In this document: positions 39,875-54,299 of the stretch, one piece after another
Position numbering within the stretch: the first letter of the stretch is position 1
How the letters are laid out: each line of letters begins with the position of its first letter
Source of the DNA: Tubiluchus corallicola
Lineage: Eukaryota; Animalia; Priapulida
Direction of reading: 5' to 3'
DNA length: 64,000 bases
Assembly (NCBI GenBank): GCA_030141605.1
Contig: JAQGDQ010000933.1
Coordinates: 15,354 to 79,353, forward strand
Program-made: the position numbers and the translations under genes
Notes under the pieces: generated by a model
Told to the model about the DNA's origin: nothing
Seen by the model: the letters and a program-made list of their open reading frames with translations, nothing else
Database searches by the model: none

Positions 39875-41225
39875 AGTATGGCTGATTGTGACAAAATTAA
39901 GCACTCTAGAAGTAGATCCAAAGGTTGGGAGAAGACTGGCATAAAATTACTGAAGAAGGCTGATTTTTGTGAAACGCCTAACTTTGTTTTGTTTAGCAAA
40001 AATTAGAGAACCTTGGAAAATATAATGCCACCTTCAATGACGCAGAAGTGCAATTAGAAGATCATTTTGTAGGTGAAGAACTTGAACAAGTGACTACACA
40101 GCAGAATTAATTTCTGGTATTATCAAAAACCGTAAAACTTTTCTTTTTACCAAAAAGTCTATATGTTTGGCACGTTAAATGGGAACTAATGAGAAGGCTT
40201 GAAGATGAAAAACATGTTTTGAAAAATTTCGGCATGAAAAGCGAAATTGATGTTAGACCAAAGGCTGCTTCACATGCTCGTCATAGAGAGTCGGATGAAT
40301 ATAGTCGTCGTGGTGCGTCTAAGAATTTAGGTGTGAGGAGCACCATAGATTCAATTTATTTTTTTTTCAGTCTAGTGATTCTTGTGGAAACACTAAAAAT
40401 GCACCTTCAGCTTCAAAGAATTCCCATTGTTTAGTTAGAGGTGGAGCTCAACATATGTGATTGTGCGGCTCTTCCTACTATGACCTTGCAAGAGCGAAAA
40501 CAGAAGGTAGTTAAGTAGCACCGTTGTTTTTTGTGTCTTGGTTTAAACCACAGAGCTGATACTTGCCGTAAACCTCCTTGGAAGCTATGTATTAAACAGC
40601 ATCATTATTTATTGTGCAATTCAATTACTGGCAACTCCCAGGTGAGTCCTTATGTTAAAAGAGGTTCAAATACTTCTGATGTGAATGTTGCTGTCGCATC
40701 AGTTCATCTACAGTCTTTGGGTACCAACGTTGTATTCTTAATAACTGCCAATAATGTTTTGTAAGGTGCAAAATCGCCACTTCCTATCCTGATGCCGCTG
40801 CTTCTCTTAGTTTTTTTTTGATGTTGCAGAGCGAGCAGGCTGTGAAATTGTAGGTGAGCCTAATCTTTCGTTAACGATTATGGGTGGACTTCGGAAACTG
40901 CAGCAGAAATGCCAAATTGTACATGTTAAACTTCGAACAGGAAAAATTGTGACCACTAAGGTCACAATCCAAGATAAACTAGCGAAAGCATTCCCAACAT
41001 GTTCTGAGGGTGATTAGTTAAGAGACTTCAAGGACATTGATTCTAGGCGACCCTGAGATTCTCAGTGGCAATTCACGAGAAATTCGTTTACTTTCTGGTA
41101 GTGATGTTTATCACCAAATAATGGGCTCAAAGCTTTCCATTACTCCGCGAAACAGCCCCACAGCTGTTGATTCAATATTTGGGTGGCTCTTGCATGGTCC
41201 CTGTACCGGCAAACTGAACAAATAA
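39875..41225 (+). mobile_element. BEL/Pao LTR retrotransposon gag-protease remnant
   Basis: CFLCLGLNHRADTC..KLCIKQHHYLLC zinc knuckles; LGDP..LLSGSDVYHQIM..AVDSIFGWLLHGP. Confidence 0.8.
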
Positions 41226-41484
41226 TTATTTTCAAATAAAGTAAAGAAACTCGCTCTGTCGCGAGCAAAACGTTTGAAAGCAACTGGGCCAGAATGTTGC
41301 AATGTGTGCCATTTAAAAACTGACTAAAAAGGGAAAATCATTATGTGGAATGATACTGTTATATTTACATATATATTCACCTTATTCACAAGAGGAGGCT
41401 GACACATGCAGTCTAGGCAGAGCTAAAGGGACGTCAGGTGATATTTCTGAAAAATAAATGATACTGAGTGGAGAAGAAATAGGA

Positions 41485-41610
41485 TCAAGTGAGGTGAAGT
41501 GAAATGAAGAGAGGTGAGGTGAGATGAAATAACATTATGTGAAATGATGTGTGATGAAGTGAGATGAAGTGAGGTGAGGTTAGGCAGAGGGAGATGAAGT
41601 GAGGAGAGCT
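41485..41610. repeat. Degenerate pentanucleotide repeat (GTGAG/GTGAA/ATGAA)n
   Basis: Direct reading. Confidence 0.85.
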
Positions 41611-42723
41611 GAATTAAGTTAATCTGTGGTATGATCATAGTAGTAGGAGCACAGCAAAAATGCAGCTGTTAGTTTACACAAAAGCATCTGGAAAAGCTGT
41701 GGAAAATATCCCATCTCTGGAAAACACTATATATAACAACTTTGTTTGCAAATATCTTTAAACGATAAATAAACATACATTGTTTTATGCATTCCAATTT
41801 TTGGATTATAAACAATTGTAATATACAATGTAACTTGGGCAGATCACTGCAATAGTTCAGATCTATTAAATTTTTCTCATTTATCTTAATGCGTAAATCA
41901 GTTCAGTAATTTCAGAAACATTTTCAAAAGGATGAAAGTTTTATTTTGGTTATAAATATGTTAACTATTTCACTGAACTCATAAAGGCCATATTGGATTT
42001 TTTTCAAATGCAAACACAAATATTCAAAGACGATAGAAATTTTGTATTTTAATATATTCCAAATTAAATTCTAGCTTATTTAGATGCTTTATTTTGCAGT
42101 TCTATGTTAAATCTACATTACTGGAAGTGATGTGTAATGATTCTTACTTCGTCACAGGCAAGATGAAAAAAGAAGGGCAGGAATTAATCCAATTATTTTG
42201 GCAACGCTGCACAGCAGAATATATTCAATATTTAATAAGAACGCCATACTAATGATTAAAATTATTAATAATAATTAAAAATGGGCGACGTGTTCTTACG
42301 CACCAACATTTCACAAAATTATCATAGCCAGCATCATAAGAATATATTTATTGTGAAGTGCTCTGTGTACTTAAAGTGAAAGTCATCTATATGAAGTAAA
42401 GAAAAAACCTGGTAAATAACCGTTCATTAACTCCGTAACTGCTTAACTCACGCAATTTGATTAGCCCAGGAAATAGCTTACTGGGAATAACCTGTTAGGA
42501 TGTGCGAAAGACACATAGCGGTCTTTCCTCTGCGTCGTCTTGCTGTTTTAATTCGTTATTCATTGCTTTTATTTTTTACAGCTGGGAAAGAAAACGTTAA
42601 AACTTTAAATTTTCTCTCTGTTAACTGCAATTAAACTTTCGAAAATTTTCCGCTAGAAAAAGAAGATCAAATTACTTTCAGTCAAATGCATTGTAAATCT
42701 TCAAACAAATAAAATCAAATTAA

Positions 42724-45313
42724 TCTTTATCTTACCGCGTATACTTCTAGCTGTCCGTTTTTATTCATTTTTACATGGATGTGTTCTATTAACATACCTA
42801 TTGTATGTAACAAGTTTCAGGCAAATCCCTTCACGGGTTACGGAGATATGGAATGTTCCATTTATGGAACATTGGGAAGATCAGCACGTATTACTTACAA
42901 AAGGACACACTGAAGATTGATGCATGTTGCATTGCATTTTCGATGTTTATTTACAGCAATACCATGACAACACAATGTATGTATACAACACATGATATTT
43001 CTTCATGTGCACGACTGAACATGCACATGCACATCACACTGGATGTGCATATACACCTCGCCCTAGCGGCGGTGGTACACTATAAAGCAGTCCTTCTGCC
43101 TCTCACTGTGGAGCCGCACTCCACACTTGTTGCACATTCGTTTCGTGTTTGTTTTACATACTTTACATCGTCCCTGAGTCGTTGCCACAGCCTGGTGATT
43201 TCGACCATCAAACCTCGCTTCGACTGGAAGGCCCATAGGCCCGTGACCTACGCCTCGAACAGCAAATGGTTCAGTGTCCGCTTTTAGTAGGCACAACGCC
43301 ACATTGCGACGAAAGTCCAAATGAGTCATCACTGTCTCACGATGAAGGACACAGTAAAGCCGCCACGCTACAACAATGGATACGTTCACTGCATTTAGGA
43401 AGAATGGCCAGTACCACTTTTTTCCTCTGATCATTGGCCTGTACGAACCTAGAAGGCGATCAAATAGGTCCACTCCGCCCATACCCTGATTGTATGCATT
43501 GACAAGGTGAGGCTGGGCAACGTCCTTCTCTCCCCCTTTTGTTCTCCTTTTCACCTGGTGAATCGGAAGATGGGTTTGATAGTTGCTAGCTACCGCTACA
43601 ACTGAATTGTCGTTCCACATTGTTACGTTGCCATTGCCATCTGATCTGTAATCAAATGTGCCCCTATCCTTCTTGGCAAGTTCTTTCTTGGAAATCATAG
43701 ATTTCGAAGCACCACGTGTTCTGTTTTCTCGGACAGTTCCTGTTGCTTTCAAGTTTGCCGCAGACAAATCACTCAACAGATCATACGTAGTAAAAAAATT
43801 ATCAAAGAACAGTTCGTGGCGGCGAACGTCCGAGTTTTCCGAAATAACCTTCACCATATTCTGTACAACTCGAGTTCCTAACGGGATGTCACGGTCTGCA
43901 CCCTCTTCCTTCCCTTGGTACAGTCGCATTGCATATATGGGTAGCCGTCAGCACCGCAGAAACACCATATTTTGTACCCAAATCTGATGGGCTTTCCTTT
44001 TATGTACATCTTGCCCCCGTGTCGCCCGAAATAAGGCACCATGCTTTTGTCTACGCTCAAAACATTATGGAACACACCAAACCGAACAATGTTGGCATTG
44101 AGAACGTCATATGACGGCATTACTTTTGCGAACTTATTTCCACGAGCAAGGTTCTGATTATCGGCGAAGTGAATGTACCTTTTTATTTCCTGAAACCTGT
44201 TTCTGCTCATTGCGTTGGAAATGACTGGAACTCCCAAATCAGGTTGTGTTGACCAGTAGTGGTGTTCTTCAGGAAGACTGTGGTAACCTGACACAACTAG
44301 ACATCTGATGAACCGTCGTACTTCTGACTTTGTGACTGTAAAGTTGGGCTTGTTTTTATCCCGACGTGCGTAGAGTAGTGTCTGCTCAACAACATCATTC
44401 ATCAAATTGTCGGAAAAAATTTCTCTCCACAACTCGTATGGAGTCTCACCTTCCAATGCATTCAGTTCATCAGACAACGTGATATCAGCAGTGGGTAATA
44501 TCTTGTCGAAGTCAGTTTTCTTTCTCCAATTTGGAAGTTCTCTTCGTTCTCCAATTTAGGCGAATTTACTTGTTGGTTCTTCATTCTCGACTACATCGTC
44601 ATCCGCTTCCTCATCCACTTCCATCCCTCCCGCTGGCTCGAAGTCAACATCTTCTTGGCTGTCCTCCAAATCACTGTCTTGATCAGCTTCGTCTCCTGCG
44701 GCGGGAGGAAGCAGTACCACGTTGACTGGGCGTTCACTCTGTTCGAGTGGTTTGCTAACGCTGGTATCCACAAAATGTTGTGTTTCACTCAACTTGTTAG
44801 GAAAGTATCAAGAACAATGGCAGTGAGCGCTACGCTACTTGGCAATAAGCTGCACACTGTCTACTGCACACTGTAAGCATGACTGTGGTGAGCCACGCTC
44901 CACTGTACACTGCAACCTAAAACGTGCTGATCCTACCAATGTTCCATAAATGGAACATCAAAATATTACAGTATTTTTTTAGTACTTAGCAACCGAATGT
45001 ACGATCTGTTATATTGCCAATCAATACCTTGGAGTGTAAGCTTTTAGGCAGTGCAGCCAATTTCCACTGAAGTTCACTCTGCACTTTTTCAGGCCAATTT
45101 GAAATTGCGCCGTCAAATTTCGTATTTTTAGGCCTTAGTTGGGCAACCATGAAAAATTTGAATCTCAATATAAAAAGTTCAGTTTCCCAACAAAGTAAGA
45201 GACATGTCAGGACATCACGATAGAGGTAGAATTGCCTTGATAAATTAAGCATGTGAGCTGCGATGGCGCCATAAAAAGTATGTTCCATTTATGGAACATT
45301 GGTAAGATAAAGG
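42724..45313 (-). mobile_element. piggyBac transposon, full-length (both ends), transposase disabled
   Basis: TTAA at 42720-42723 followed by TCTTTATCTTACC; GGTAAGATAAAGG at 45301-45313 followed by TCAA. All DDD motifs present (SVDK, FFDNFF, YNQGMGGVDLFD) plus a C-terminal Cys-rich domain. TAA at 44556-44558 and a 2-bp insertion near 43935. Confidence 0.97.
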
Positions 45314-46294
45314 TCAAAGTTCTCAACAGGCAAATTGGTTCTTATCCAAGTTCGCCAACACAATAAATTTACACATAATACAAGACCCGGGTTTCAAAAC
45401 CATTTCGTGGATTATATTACAGAATTTAACAATTTACTATGTAAGAAAATTTTTGTTTAAATAAATCTATTTAGACTAATTTAATAATTTGCGATCTTAT
45501 TTATTTTTTGGCTTTTCCAATTCCTTCCTTTTTGGCAAAAAACAAAACGCATTTTTCTTTAAATGAATATTAAACATTAAATGAAAAGCAGAAACCCTAA
45601 CTATGCAAGAAAACTAGAAATTTCAACGTCATTGACGGCAGCAGTTCCCCAGCGAATATTGCATTATTTTCCGTTCATATTGTATGATCCACAAAAGCTA
45701 GTTAGTGTCATTCAAGCGCAAAACATTTCCACTTTTGTTTCCTAAGATTACGTCAATTCATGCAGACACCATAGTCATGTTTCTCTTTCCTTTGTCCCCA
45801 GTTTCTATTGTGTGGTGCGTATATACTGTACAGCTAAGAAAGTGCTTGTAATAATGATCTTTCCATTACTAAAAAGTTTCTTACCCACACACATGTATCT
45901 AATAATGAGTGATAAGAATCGAAGTTTTCAGAAGTGGAACGCAGGAGATGAATAGCAAAAAGGTTGCTAAAATAGTCTGTTAATATGAGCGACTATAAAT
46001 AAAATATTTAATGTTGAACCTGTGTTTGGCTTTGGACGCTATGGAGAGTACCGGGGGAAAAGGGATTGATCATTGGGAAGAAAGCTTTAAATTACTTCTG
46101 CCTAGGGCGTCGAACTACATAGAGTCGACCCTGAAAACACCGAGAGTTGACACAAATTGCTTAAAATTAAATCGCTAAACGACATCATGCATACTGCCAG
46201 AACATTAAACCTTTCAGGTCGAAATGCATCGCTTGCAATTTCACACAGTATCATAATTATATGTTCTGCAATTTAGAGTTGAAAGGCTGCAAGA

Positions 46295-47320
46295 ATGTAC
46301 CGTTTCTTTTGCACGAAATTAAAGCATGCGCAAAAAACATGTGTGAGGTTTCTGTTGCTCACATTATTTATCAAAATATACCTGCTAATAATGTGTGAGA
46401 CAGAAGAAGCTTGTAATATGAAATGTGAAAGACAGAAGAAATACGAAAGCAAAATGACCGTGAAAGAACAGAGTGGTATTACAAAAGAACTGACGCGAGA
46501 TTTTGAAACACAGCTTGATGGTAAGCAAGAAATGAGATCAGACAAGTTGAAAGCTATAAGTGGCAACAAAAAAACGTTGTTAGCGAATCAAAGAAAAGTA
46601 TCGTCTCTGTCACAATACGTTAGCAATGTTGTGTTTGATGAAGCAAATATGTTCAAAACGGTGTTTTTTAAAAATTTTGCAAGGAAAGAATTTCGCTATT
46701 ACAAAGTCATCAATTATTTTCAGGGAACAAAGATGTTTTCCCCTGACTTTACTGTGACCATTGCTACACACTGTTCATGGCAGTACATCCACCATCTATT
46801 AGACTTAGTGCACAGACACAATGGCCCTATATCAGCATCATTGTACGTACCTGGGAACAACTATCGTTTTGTTATGGAAATTGTCTCGAATATTAGAAAG
46901 TGTTACCAGGAATTTGCAGAAAAGGTGACCATTTCACTGTTTTTTCCCGAAGACGGGTATCCAACAACTGACAGAAATCTACACAAAGCTAACAGTACAA
47001 TCCGCTGTGAACAGTTGACACAGAAACCTACAAAAGGGCCTGACTTGTCTCGTTATGGGCCGTACCCTATTAATCTGGGAAGAAACACAGCACGTTTGGC
47101 TGTTTATACGAAATACATGTTACTATTGGATGTTGAACTAAAACCCAGCCTTAATCTAACTGAAAACTTTACTCAAATGATGATGCTCAACAAGTATCAT
47201 ATTGAAAAGGCCTTGTATGTATTACCAACTTTTGAAGTACATGCCAATCGACCAGTTCCAAATAACAAACACGAACTACTAAGATTAGTGGAACAAAATG
47301 AGGCTTTTCCATTTCAACAG
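46295..47320 (+). CDS. B4GAT1: Beta-1,4-glucuronyltransferase 1-like (GT49), exon 1
   Basis: TM; VTIATHCS..GPISASLYVPG; YPINLGRNTAR..LLLDVELKPS; LYVLPTFEV..PNNKHELL. Phase-0 donor CAG|GTATGC at 47321. Confidence 0.9.
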
Positions 47321-47956
47321 GTATGCCGTAAAGTTCAACTATAATATTGCTCTAGGGTTCTCGTTGACATACTCCGAGATTAGGTTCTAAATTTCTTGTA
47401 AATTTGCATAGTAACCATCCAAAATGCTGGTTACTATGGGGTTTTACAAATTAATATGAAATGTAAATTAATTTAGTAATTTTCTTTAAAGTAGTGATGG
47501 TGAACTTAATCATCAAAAAATATTGCTTACCTTCACTAAATATTTTCTTACCTGTATGAATTTTAATTACAGGTTTATAGTGGCTATTATCATTATGTAT
47601 CTTTAAGTATTAGAAACATCTATAAGATACTTGCTTTCCATATCAAAATAAATTTCCTTATCTTTGATCAGCTAGTGATACTAGTCAAGTGATTTTTTGG
47701 AATCGTAGCTTACACACATTATTAACATTATTATTTACAGGTATCATTAATATGAGGTAGTTATAATTATTGTACTGCTGCTTCTAGGTGCTTTTAATCT
47801 TACCTTCACCAACAAAGCATAATTTACCATATAGCAGGTAAATTAATGAGGTTAACTGGTTTTGTCCTCTTTCGAAATAATTGTAGCCTGCACTAACTGT
47901 ATTTGCTAGTAATAGATATCAAGTCAGCAGCTGGCACAAGTGTAAAATCTTGCTTC

Positions 47957-47993
<37 letters not shown>

Positions 47994-48075
47994 AGTTTCT
48001 TTGATTATGGCGAAATTTATCAACACACATGTTTTGATTTAGTAGTAGTAGTAGAAGTAGTAGTAGTAGCAGCAC

Positions 48076-48128
<53 letters not shown>

Positions 48129-48143
48129 CTAGTAGTAGTAGTA
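47957..48143. repeat. (AAT)n and (AGT)n microsatellites
   Basis: Direct reading. Confidence 0.95.
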
Positions 48144-48289
48144 GACCAGTTGGGAATTTCAATCAATTTCCAGTTGGTTTAAAACAAACTAACTGTCACT
48201 TAATTTATCAAAAATTAAATATATCACTCTTAGGTCACGGAACAAGAAAATTCCCTTTAATAACTGTGCCATAGAAACTGACATGCTAT

Positions 48290-48780
48290 CAATAAAACAC
48301 GTTAACGAAATAAAACATTGTGGTATTACACATAATGAATATTTAGAGTGGAACGCACATATCAATATGATTAAAATAAAATATCAAAAGTGTAGGTGTT
48401 ATATCTAATATAAAAATTTGTTTTTATCTAGTACATGTTTGTCTTCTTTGGGGATAATAATATGAAATAATGAGAACATCTAAATTTAACTAGTTTTAAA
48501 ATCAATAAAATTTTAGTTGTTGATGATGTAATTGAACTAAATACAGCTGTATAAATGCTGACAACATTTTATTTATTTCCCACTATTTTAACAATGTAGT
48601 TTGGCTTAATGTTCAACATCTTGACACTAAAAGAAATGAGTCAGTTATAAATTTTTGCAGAACAGATATGGCACGCAAGTTCATTGCAAATGAGCGTCCA
48701 AAGCTTTTGAATGAATTAGGTCATGAACTAAAATCGTTCTCATCAATACATAAATGTAAAAAAATAATGACAAAACTATC
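48290..48780 (+). mobile_element. Degenerate L2/CR1 LINE 3' fragment (intronic)
   Basis: Remnant GIT..EYLEWNAHINMIKIK and later GP..LN-like motifs. Confidence 0.45.
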
Positions 48781-49303
48781 ATTTTCAGTAGGTACAGTAA
48801 CGATCCCTGAAACGATGCTACATCACTCACAACACATTGACTTTTAACAATTAATAATTTATGTTAAATTTCTTAGGTAAGAATATTTCACATGCGTGTG
48901 TATATATGGACACCTATAAAATGCTGATTCTGTAGTATGGTGAAATTGCCGAGAATATATATTAAAGGAGGTTATCCATCCATTTACTACCTAGCTTTGA
49001 TGTTACTCAATTTTTGTCGAACAATTATGTCGGGTCAAACATTTGGATCATTTTTGCTGTTTCCTGCAGAACTCGATGCTGTAAATAGAAAAATTAAATT
49101 TTGGCTTGTACAGACTTAATTGTAATATGGATATCATTTGTAATAAAAGCATTTGAAATAATTTAATAAGAGGCTAAAATGCTTTTTGTGTAATTGCCAG
49201 AATAGAATTGCCAGAATCATAAAATTTCTGGAAAAAATTTAACTTGTTTTTAAATTAATTTATAACACTGCAGTCAATTTGATGGCGGTTCTACGGATGG
49301 CTA

Positions 49304-49676
<373 letters not shown>

Positions 49677-50568
49677 TGTAAAGTTGGCAATTTGACATTC
49701 TAATAGAAACTATTCTGTTGGCCATCAGTGTAAAAACCGTTGTAAGCTGTCCAGAGCTTGTTTAAAAATCCAAAAACTGCACAAAGTAACATTAACGGTA
49801 ATATTAACATTCGTTCACACTGTATTCAACCTCCTACATTGGTAGCAAAATGGCAGCACCTACTGATGTAAAAACTGTGTAGTCAGTGGATAAGTCTTGA
49901 CAACAGCTGAAGAAAGATCAGTAAAAGGGATTTTGTTCAAAATTTGCTCAAACTAAATAAGCGCGTTTGCAAACTGTGAATGTGGTCTTTGAAGGGAGGT
50001 GATATATTTCCTAAGTGACCACTTTAATGTGGAGTTCATCAATCCCCAACCACAGTGACAGATCTGTGATGAATTTGCAATCATGTCCCAGCCTAAAATA
50101 TACCCTGTGTATAAAACAGTCTCGGCTAGAAAAATCCTGGCGTAGTTTTGGCTAAGTTTATATATACACACAAGGACACACAAGCACACAAAGAAAGCTG
50201 TAATTCATGGGCTTGTTTCATAATGCTGTCAATAAGTTAGCCACATTGTTGTTACATTCACTGGGGTTTTAATATCAACTTCCTTGCCTTAGTAACAGCT
50301 TTTTAAAACTTGGTCCAGGTACTTTAGTTTCAAAATTTTACTGTACTACATAATTTAATATGTTCTCTGTCAATAACCCTTTGTGATAAATTTTTACTTT
50401 ATATTATGTTGTTAAATATATATTTAAATAAGTATCAAAATGTTTATATTTTCAACAAAGATCTGGATATTCAGTTTCCTATTTCACTTTTTAAATTTTT
50501 TCCTGCTTCACAAGTATATTAATAAACATTTAATAAATGTCAAAGTTTGATGATTTTATTATTTTTAG

Positions 50569-50695
50569 GATACATGTTCTAGTTGTCACAGCATTCCATA
50601 CTATGATCTCTGGCTAAACACAGACGTGTCTCCTCAACTCAATGACTTCTTTATATGCAAATGGATTCCACCAAGATGGGAACCAGTATATATAA
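50569..50695 (+). CDS. B4GAT1: B4GAT1-like exon 2 (not in the ORF track)
   Basis: atttttag|DTCSSCHSIPYYDLWL...PRWEPVYI|gtattt; phase 0 in and phase 1 out, joining exons 1 and 3 in frame. Confidence 0.85.
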
Positions 50696-52968
50696 GTATT
50701 TCTGTTTTCAAAATATGAAGCTGAACTGAATTTACTGCTTTAAATAAGTCTCACTTTTAGGTAATATAGGGGGCTAGAACAAACATGATTTTCAAGATAT
50801 GATTTAATTTTTTTGTTATTTTTTACGCATTTCAGCAGCTTACAAGCCAGGGTCCATTATTCAGGGTTGGTTCTTTTGAGATCCGTTGTTAAGGTCCATT
50901 TTTAATATGGACGGAAATTGTGTGCATCCTCTGTTTACCCGGTAAACAGCCAGAATCATTATTTTTAATTAAATCAACCCAGATCGAGCATCAAATCTGT
51001 ACACAACCTAAAGGTCAAGTTGTGGAAGCCACTGAGCTATGATTATTGCATTTTATTATCCAGAAGGCAGCAGTCAACCATGTTAGCAGTATTATAATTT
51101 TCTATGTTACCTGCATATATGTAATATATAACAGATGCTTAATCATCAATGCATCAGTTTCAGCTTTGTAGCCCATTAATATATAATAATGTAAAGACCA
51201 AAATTTCATTTTGCCATCAAGAGTGTTTGTTTCCTGGGGCCAAGCAGTCACCAAAAAGTTCGTCTGTTGTTACGACAGTTTGGCGAAGTTTCACCGACAT
51301 GGCAAGTTTTGCGTTTTGCAGCAAAGTTTAAGCAATTTAAATTTTTGGGCGTAATCGTCAACTTTTGGTGAACGCCTGCAATTGCTTTGCGACTATTTAG
51401 TGACATTTGGCGTATGTTTGGAAACGGTTTGGAAAAATTTTTGAGCTTTAAAAGTAAACACATGATGCTGCCCGAAAGAAAAATACTGCAAAGTAAGTTC
51501 CAAAATTATGTAGGTAGCATATGACACCGTGCTCTGTAAAAAAAGCGTGAACAATACTTATCAACAAAACCAAAGTATGTTGTATAAAAAAAATATTTAA
51601 TCATTACTAAATATTTAATCACTACTACTATCTTTGAAAACTTCTCATTTTTTTTCATTTTTCAATATAAAACACTCATGGGGTAATTTTTTTACCACAC
51701 CTTGATCGGCTAAGGATTTTGAAAGTGCGTCTAGCATACTAATGTAATTTTTGTTTTTACTACTTACATTAAAATGGACGAAAGTGAAATCTGTACTGGT
51801 ATTTTCTAAGTCACCTTGACTAGATGGAGTTGAAAGTTAATAATAATTACTTTCTTGATATTGAAAAAAGTTGTCAGGATCATTATTATTAGTGACAAAG
51901 TTAGTAAAAGTAGAAAACTCTCGCAAAGAAGGTAGACTGGTCAGAGTCGACATGGATACATCTATTCTAAAAAATCTTGTATATCCTCATTCTCTTGCTC
52001 TTGGAAGGGGGAAATAGCATTTAAGAATTTCGTACAATAATGAATGTCATTATTACTTCCTAGCATATTGAACTGTTTAATTTCCAGTTCACTGACAGAG
52101 TATGGCACATTTTTACATGGGAACTTAAGTGGCAAAAGTATTTATATTTTTTTGCATCCCATACTTTTGCTACTTTGATCAGAACCATGCTACATGTTGG
52201 CGCATTAATGAAACCATGGTGTTGAACATCACCTTCGAGCGGTAACAGCAGCTGGACCCTAATGAGGTGTCTAGATACACTACTTTTTGGTTGTGTATTA
52301 TTCAAGAGAACTGGTAAATAAGAGACTGAGTGATGACCACTGATCAATCGAAGACAGTTGCTTACCTTAAGTTTAACCTGCAAATCACGCAACCAATCGT
52401 CTGAATCTAACTCTTTCAGCATTTTTATAAATGGCCTTATATACGAGCAAATTTGACTTTATATATACTTTTTATCTTATCTTTAGATTTCGTATTGTAA
52501 ATTGTGGCGTATGACCCATACTGATTACCTCAACTTAACTTTGTCATTTCGTTGTAGCTGTATGTATGTCTGTTCATTTTTTGTGTAATTAAATTTGCGT
52601 AATTGTGCCGTTAAGTTAAAAAATTTTAGTCAAATATATTTCCCAATATTTAGTATTTCGTTTCTGCAGGACAGGACAAGTTTTACAGTTGATGACACAA
52701 GTGTGATTGTGTGACCATTATCTACCAGGTCATTCTTTTCTCCAATACCCGAGCTATAACATATTGTTTTGCATACTTGACCTAATTTAACCCTGTGAAT
52801 TTTAACGTTAAACATTTATTTTCGCTCCTCCACTAAGGGCAACTCTAGTTTGAGATTCAGCAAAAAGAAAAAAAACTGGATGAAAAAACATTTTTCCTTC
52901 TTGCTGGAAAAGTCATTTTCTTTCTTTTTTTGAACTAATAACATTGTACTACTTCTCTGTTTTTCTAG

Positions 52969-53321
52969 GCACAAATGAGGAGCCATGGTACGATGAGAGA
53001 TTTCGTGGCTATGGATTTAACAAAGTGCAGCAGTTTTTCGAGTTATGTTTGGAAGAATATGAATTTCATATACTAGACAATGCTTTTCTGATACATCAAG
53101 CAACTTCGTCAAGTGACAAAAATGGCTTACAAGAACATGAAGAACTCATCAAAAGAAACGGTCGCTTAAAGAGACAGTTTATAGCTGACACTTTAGCCCG
53201 ATTTTCACATAAACCAAATGTTCAAAAGTTTTGTTCTCGTAAATGGGCGAAATCAAGTTTATTGGTTCTTGGTTATTTTAGCAAAACGTATCAGCATCTC
53301 AGTGCGAATATAGATAGCTAG
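52969..53321 (+). CDS. B4GAT1: B4GAT1-like exon 3 (terminal)
   Basis: ttttctag|(S)TNEEPWYDERFRGYGFNKVQQFFELC..FHILDNAFLIH, a GT49 C-terminal signature. Confidence 0.9.
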
Positions 53322-53549
53322 CTGATTTGTTTCTTAACTTTGTTAAACTTTCTTAACTCAGGCCTTGCTGGCTGCTAAGTACTAACTTATACTGTGTTTG
53401 ATTACATAATTTTTCAAAGTGTTGTCTTAGTTTGTCAAGAACTTTATCAGGAATATGGCTGGTATGATTTGTTGGAGTTGCAAGTAGGGGTGATGTATGA
53501 ACACTGCGTGGTTTAGCGACCCCCTGAGGGTGCCCGACGCCTCATTTTT

Positions 53550-53752
53550 TTACCCCCTTTAAAATAATGAGATAATCCGAGGGCGGCTCCATTCTTAACC
53601 CAATACCTTCAAATAATGAGATGATCCAATGGCAGCTCCATTCCTAGCTGCTAACCCCAGCTGCAAACCCGAACACCCTTCAAATAATGGAATTCCCCAA
53701 CCCCTCCAAATAATGTACAACCCTAGCTACTAACCCTAACCCCTCCAAATAG
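53550..53752. repeat. Short degenerate tandem array (CCTTCAAATAATG core) with CTAACCCTAACCC
   Basis: Five recurrences of the CAAATA-type core are visible. Confidence 0.6.
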
Positions 53753-54299
53753 TTGTGAATGTGGTGCAGATTTGAACATGCGTCCTTGTTGTAGCTGCTA
53801 TCTCCATCTTGTTGCTTAATGGGCAAGTTTGCGCATGCGTGATGTTGTAAGCTTACGTGCTCTAAGATTGTGTAATGATCTTATGCAATTGCTTTTATGA
53901 TTGCATAATACCTCTCTCTCAACGTGACCGTGAAAAAGTAAAGTTGATATCAGAGGTCATATTTTGAAGTCAATTTTAACAATGTTATACTGTGTTATGT
54001 TCTATAAATTTTATACCTACGTGTATATAAATAGTACGTGGTTTCAAATGTAATTTAAATTTTGTGATAATTGATCTTATTAAAGTTATCAACGAAATAA
54101 ACATTGTTATAAGAACTATATTGTATGGATTTGGCGCGAAAATCAAACACCAAGAATTAGTGGAGGACCTACACAAAAGGCCCTAATCGGGTCGTTAACA
54201 ATCAATGGTAATTAACGAAAATCAGTTGCTTGTGACAAAGACGCTCCCCTTGTCATCCCTTGACATCGGGCAATATAAGGCCCCTCTTATATCCTGATT

